Below the pieces are notes generated by a model. That model searched no databases. It worked only from the letters and a program-made list of their open reading frames with translations, and had not been told where the DNA came from. Positions 59,908 through 64,000 of a stretch of DNA of 64,000 nt are shown here, one piece after another; the stretch's first letter is position 1, and each line of letters begins with the position of its first letter. The DNA lies in the NCBI GenBank assembly GCA_965240325.2, contig OZ251226.1, positions 1,364,001 through 1,428,000 on the forward strand, in the 5' to 3' direction. Made by a program: the position numbers and the translations under genes. The DNA is from Rebecca billardiae RCC1528. Lineage: Eukaryota > Protista > Haptophyta.

Positions 59908-60936
59908 TCAAGGCATCTGCGGCTGCCGACGGTCCTGTGGCTCCGTCGCCCATGCCGCCTTCGTGACGAAGTCTGGCTTCGGGCCTCCGACCTCGGGGAG
60001 ACTGCCGGGAGCATCGCTCTGCTCCCACGCTGCGCGGAACTCGTCGTAGTCGATCAGTCGGAAGACGAGGATGAACAGCAGCGTCATGAGGAAGAAGACG
60101 TACGGCTTGTACATGAGGTCGAACTTGCGCTCCCTGCACCCCTGGTGCTCGTGCCGCCAGCCGTCCGCCAGCTTGACGTACCGTTTGCGCGCGCTCAGCC
60201 AGCACTCAGCGGTCGAGCCCTCTGGGTACATGTCGATGATCTTCTGCGCCTCCTGGCGGAGCTCGTCCTCCTCGGGGAACCAGGTGGCCTCGGGCGCCGC
60301 GTTCAGGCTCACCGTGAAGTCCTTGCTCTGCGTGGCCGGCTTGACGAGCACTTCGACGCACGCGTTGCCCCCGTGCGCGCGCTCCAGCCGCGCGAGCTCA
60401 GCCGGCTGCACGACCGTGCATACGTGCTGCTCCCACGGCTTCGCGAGCTCAAAGTCCGTTCTGAGCTGCAGCATGGCGAAGATGAACGCGATCGCCAGAG
60501 CGGTGAATGCGACGACGTAGCACCCGACCGTGGCGTTTGGCGTCATGTCCTGGACGGCAGGGAGGCGACGGCTGCCGTCGGTGAGCTCGGATGACTTCTC
60601 GTCGTTCGGTGTGCTACGGCGCGTGGCCATCCTCCCGGCGCCCGCACCGCCCAGCAAGCGGCCCATCATGCTGGTTCGGCGTGCGGAGGTGGTCGTCGTT
60701 CGGTTCGTATCCGCGCGCGAGGTCAGCATCTTCAGAGGGCCAGGCCGGTTGGAGCGACCCGTCTCGGTCTTGATCAGAGGGTTCTGATCGCCTTGCGGGC
60801 TTGCGGGCGGAGGGCCGGTGGGGCTGGGGGCCGAGGGCGGCACTGCCGGGCTGGGCGACTGCGCGGCACTCGCGCCGGCGCCCTGCGGCTGCTCGGCATC
60901 GGCCTGGGCTGGGGGCTTGCTCGCGCCGCAACCCAT
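59908..60936 (-). CDS. Dually acylated (MGCGASK) two-TM membrane protein with a Cys-containing loop
   Basis: N-myristoylation/palmitoylation motif, TM1 VGCYVVAFTALAIAFIFAML and TM2 PYVFFLMTLLFILVF. Confidence 0.7.
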   Translation of the reverse strand: MGCGASKPPAQADAEQPQGAGASAAQSPSPAVPPSAPSPTGPPPASPQGDQNPLIKTETGRSNRPGPLKMLTSRADTNRTTTTSARRTSMMGRLLGGAGAGRMATRRSTPNDEKSSELTDGSRRLPAVQDMTPNATVGCYVVAFTALAIAFIFAMLQLRTDFELAKPWEQHVCTVVQPAELARLERAHGGNACVEVLVKPATQSKDFTVSLNAAPEATWFPEEDELRQEAQKIIDMYPEGSTAECWLSARKRYVKLADGWRHEHQGCRERKFDLMYKPYVFFLMTLLFILVFRLIDYDEFRAAWEQSDAPGSLPEVGGPKPDFVTKAAWATEPQDRRQPQMP

Positions 60937-61255
60937 CGCGGGCGCGGGGCCAGGCAGGTGTGGAGCGGTCACCGACAAGGCTTGAGCAGACCCGATGGCA
61001 AAAAGCGCGTGGCGAGAGGCGTCTCAATTTCGAGCGAATACCGTTACATTGAACATCAAGCGCGCGCAAGATCAACGACGACTGTGTTCGTACATACAGC
61101 TTGTCGTGTTTCAGTACTAAGATGTCACCCCTCAATGACAATCGCTCTCATGGACGCAGTACTCAGCCAGGCGAATCGCCACGCACCAGTGTGACAATCT
61201 GAAGACTGTAGTAGGTACCGAGCTGCTCCGACGCGGGGTCGGCGTGTGCTCGGCG

Positions 61256-62758
61256 CTAGTTTGCGATGAAGAATGCGTCGTCGTCTCCGTCGACGCGCCA
61301 CGGCTGCGCAATGTGTCGCACCAGCGTGGCGCGCCTCGCCAGCTCTGCCGTGCGCGCGAGCAGCCGGAGGTACAGCTCGCCGTCCGCCTCGCCTCGGAAG
61401 AAGTCCTCGGGCGGCGGCGTGCGCGTGCGCACGTAGCGGTTGTAGAAGAGGCCGAGGAAGTGGAGCAGCAGCGAGAGGTACTCATCGTCCCGCTCCATGC
61501 GGAACTCGTTGATCCCGAAGCACGCGCTCGCGCTGAGCAGACGCCCCGCGCGGCAGCGCGCGCACAGCATTTCGAGTTGCACTTGCGGCACATGCGTGCT
61601 CAGCAGCTGCGCGTGTGGGCCGCGGCCGAGCGTGCTGGACGGCTCGCCGTCGTGCGCGCCGCGCCACACGCAGAAGCCGCCGGGACGCTTCCGATCTTTC
61701 ACGAACGGGCAGACGTTCTTCACCTCGACCGTCTCGAGCTGACCGTCAGCACGCCGCAGCATCGCGTCAGGCGAGGCGCCGATCGGCGGGAGCGCTGCGC
61801 CGCGCACGCGCTCGGCAATGACTGGCGGCAGCGTGGTCACGTCCAGCATGCTCAGCCCGGCCTCGGCGAGGCACGCGCCCGGCTCGAGCTGCTCCACGGC
61901 CGAGCGCAGCGTCGACGCCTCCTGCGCCGAGCCCCACGCGCAGCGCACCGCGGAGATGGAGCAGCCTGAGCCGAGCCCGCGCCGGGCGCGCGCGGAGCCG
62001 CCGCGCGGCCGCCCAACGAGCGCGCGCTCGGTGGCGCGCGCCTTGCGCGTGGCGGCGTTGAAGGCGTCGATGGCCTCCTCGTTCAGCGCGGCGAGGAGCG
62101 CGTCCTCCTCTGCGTCGACTGCGCGCGCGGCGTCCGCCTGCCACGTCACCCCCTCTTCCGCCTCGCCGCACAGGCTGGCCCACGCGCCCAGCGCCTGGCC
62201 GTGCCCCGCCATGGCTGGCGAGAGGCCGAGTTCGGCCGCGGCGCGCGGCTCGCACAGGCCGAGCGCGCCGAGGAGGTGGCGCGATGTGATCACGCCGGCG
62301 TGCAGCTCGCTCCACAGCGGGTCGTCCTGCCGCACGTACGCGAACGTGCGCGGGCCTCCGACGTGCACATCGTCGACGGGCGGAAGCGCGCGGAAGTGAT
62401 CGTGCGCGCGCAACTCGTCGAGCGAGGTTGCTCGCCAGTGCACGTTGGGCACGCGCCCGCGGAGGAGCGGGTCCTGGCGACCGCCGGTTCGTTTTGGCGA
62501 GGCGCTGCGCTCGCGCGCGCCGCGCCCCACGCCCAGATCGAGCTTCCCTTGCAGCGAGCGCGCGAGCTCCTCGTCGTCTGAGCCGCCGAGCAGCTCAAAC
62601 TGATTGGCGGCTGGCGAGCGGGTGGCGCGGGGCATGCCACTGGTGGTGGCTCGACGTTCCGGGCGCCTGCGCGACGGTCGTGCCCTACTGCGTGCGGGCG
62701 ACGCCGGCTCGAGCAGCAAGAGCAGAAGCAAGAGAAGTAGTGACGCGCTCGCCGCCAT
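61256..62758 (-). CDS. YqaJ/lambda-exonuclease-like PD-(D/E)xK nuclease with a putative bipartite targeting presequence
   Basis: Motifs RQDDPLW...GVITS, WGSAQE, IGASPDA, VEVKNVCP and QVQLEM. The N-terminus is MAASASLLLLLLLLLLEPA followed by an Arg/Ser-rich stretch. Confidence 0.8.
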   Translation of the reverse strand: MAASASLLLLLLLLLLEPASPARSRARPSRRRPERRATTSGMPRATRSPAANQFELLGGSDDEELARSLQGKLDLGVGRGARERSASPKRTGGRQDPLLRGRVPNVHWRATSLDELRAHDHFRALPPVDDVHVGGPRTFAYVRQDDPLWSELHAGVITSRHLLGALGLCEPRAAAELGLSPAMAGHGQALGAWASLCGEAEEGVTWQADAARAVDAEEDALLAALNEEAIDAFNAATRKARATERALVGRPRGGSARARRGLGSGCSISAVRCAWGSAQEASTLRSAVEQLEPGACLAEAGLSMLDVTTLPPVIAERVRGAALPPIGASPDAMLRRADGQLETVEVKNVCPFVKDRKRPGGFCVWRGAHDGEPSSTLGRGPHAQLLSTHVPQVQLEMLCARCRAGRLLSASACFGINEFRMERDDEYLSLLLHFLGLFYNRYVRTRTPPPEDFFRGEADGELYLRLLARTAELARRATLVRHIAQPWRVDGDDDAFFIAN

Positions 62759-63008
62759 GCGCGGATGCGCCGCCAACGACCAAAAGCCCGAAGCCCCGAG
62801 AAAAGGGCGGGCCTGAGACGACGGTTTCAGGTTCGTCGAAAGGCCACGAACAGTGGCAGCGGCGTTTGGCGCGAGCGGTTGGAGTTGAGCTCCTCCATTT
62901 CGCGGAATATTACCAGCATTTACCCGACCGAGGCTGTCCACCGGCCGCTGCGCAAAGATTCTTCCGCTGCGTGGTGGACGGCCGCGCGCATTCATCATCG
63001 CAACTGCG

Positions 63009-64000
63009 ATGAGACTCTTCCACGCCGCACGCTGGGCGCGACGTGCGGCGCTGGGCGCGGCCTGCGGCGCAAGCGCATCATTTGTGGCCTCTCGCGTCTC
63101 GTTGACCGAGGCCTCCGCGCCGTCGGCCGCTTCCGACCCGCTCTCGCCGCCGAGCGGCGCCCCGGCCGGCGGCCAGGCGCACGGCAAGGTGGTGGCATGT
63201 GGCTGGCCGACGTACACCAAGGCGCAGGTGGCGGAGCACGCGACGGCGGAGACGGGGATCTGGGTGACGTACAGGGACGGCGTGTACGACATCACCGACT
63301 TCGTTCAGGCGCACCCCGGGGGCAACCGTATCCTCCTCGCCGCGGGCAAGGCCATCGACGGATTTTGGAACCTGTACCAGCAGCACACCAACTCGCCCGC
63401 GCCCATGCAGATGCTGAAGGCGATGCAGATCGGTGCGTGCGCGCGGGCGGCAGGTGGCGTGGGGAGTGGAGGCGCGAGCGCCGCATGCCGCGCGCGCCGC
63501 GTGAGGCGGGGCGGGACACCACCACCGTGCATGCACTCGCGCGGAGGTGGATGCGCGCGCCGCATCAAACCGTCGGCGCGGCGCGGCGCTCGTGCGCGCA
63601 TGGCGCAGGCGTGCTCGACCCGTCGGAGGTGGAGCAGATAGACGAGGACGACCCGTACGCGCGTGACCCAAAGGTCCACCCCGCGCTGCACATGCACTCG
63701 GACAAGCCGCTCCAGGCCGAGACCCCCGCCGCGCTCCTCCTCGACAGCTGGGTGACGCCGAGCGACCTCTGGTTTGTGCGCGGCCACCACCCGGTGCCTG
63801 AGATTGACGAGAAGGAGTATCGGCTCACGGTGCGCGGGCGCGGGCTGGCGGAGCCGCGCGAGTTCAAGTTCACGCTCGAGGAGCTCAAGGCGAACTTCCC
63901 CAAGCACGAGGTCGTCGCCACGCTCCAGTGCGGCGGCAACGGCCGGCGGCTCTTCAACGACGTGAAGAAGACGATGGGCATCCCGTGGGGCGCCGGCGCC
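63009..64000 (+). CDS. SUOX: Sulfite oxidase (transit peptide + cytochrome b5 + Mo-pterin domain), truncated by window end; intron 63433-63608
   Basis: Cytochrome b5 motifs GIWVTYRDGVYDITDFVQAHPGG and FWNLYQQH. After splicing it continues with DDPYARDP, QAETP, FVRGHHPVP and TLQCGGNR. Confidence 0.9.

Noticed and set aside
40130-64000. ETHE1 and sulfite oxidase (consecutive sulfide-oxidation steps) in the same window; likewise TOP2 and TDP2-like
   Set aside because: They are more than 20 kb apart with unrelated genes between them, so there is no evidence of a functional cluster.

Overview
Very GC-rich eukaryotic nuclear DNA with short GT-AG introns. Three features point to a haptophyte-like alga: EFL instead of canonical EF-1alpha, bipartite (signal + transit) presequences typical of complex plastids, and the extreme GC content. 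A Pavlovophyceae origin is plausible but is inference only. About 21 protein-coding loci are supported: UBE2H-type E2, ELM2-SANT protein, a C-terminally short topoisomerase II with a putative transit peptide, EFL, SETD9-like, plastid FNR, mevalonate kinase, a LOV-RGS-LOV photoreceptor, a coiled-coil protein, RPS14, DUF179, a multi-KH protein, TDP2-like, a DUF442-ETHE1 fusion, putative glycosyltransferase-like genes (one broken), a protein kinase, PDRG1-like, OCA-like phosphatase, an acylated 2-TM protein, a YqaJ-like nuclease and a partial sulfite oxidase. Many genes sit in tight head-to-head pairs separated by AT-richer, stop-codon-rich spacers. At least four non-autonomous repeat families are present, including a P-like element with ~387-bp TIRs and a 7-bp TSD, and four Helentron/DINE-like elements in a mirror arrangement. 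The best candidates for novelty are the helmchrome-like LOV-RGS-LOV blue-light receptor, the Blh-like DUF442-persulfide dioxygenase fusion and the mirror-symmetric Helentron-like block. Exon coordinates were read by eye, repeat boundaries are approximate, and family assignments come from motif recognition, not database searches.
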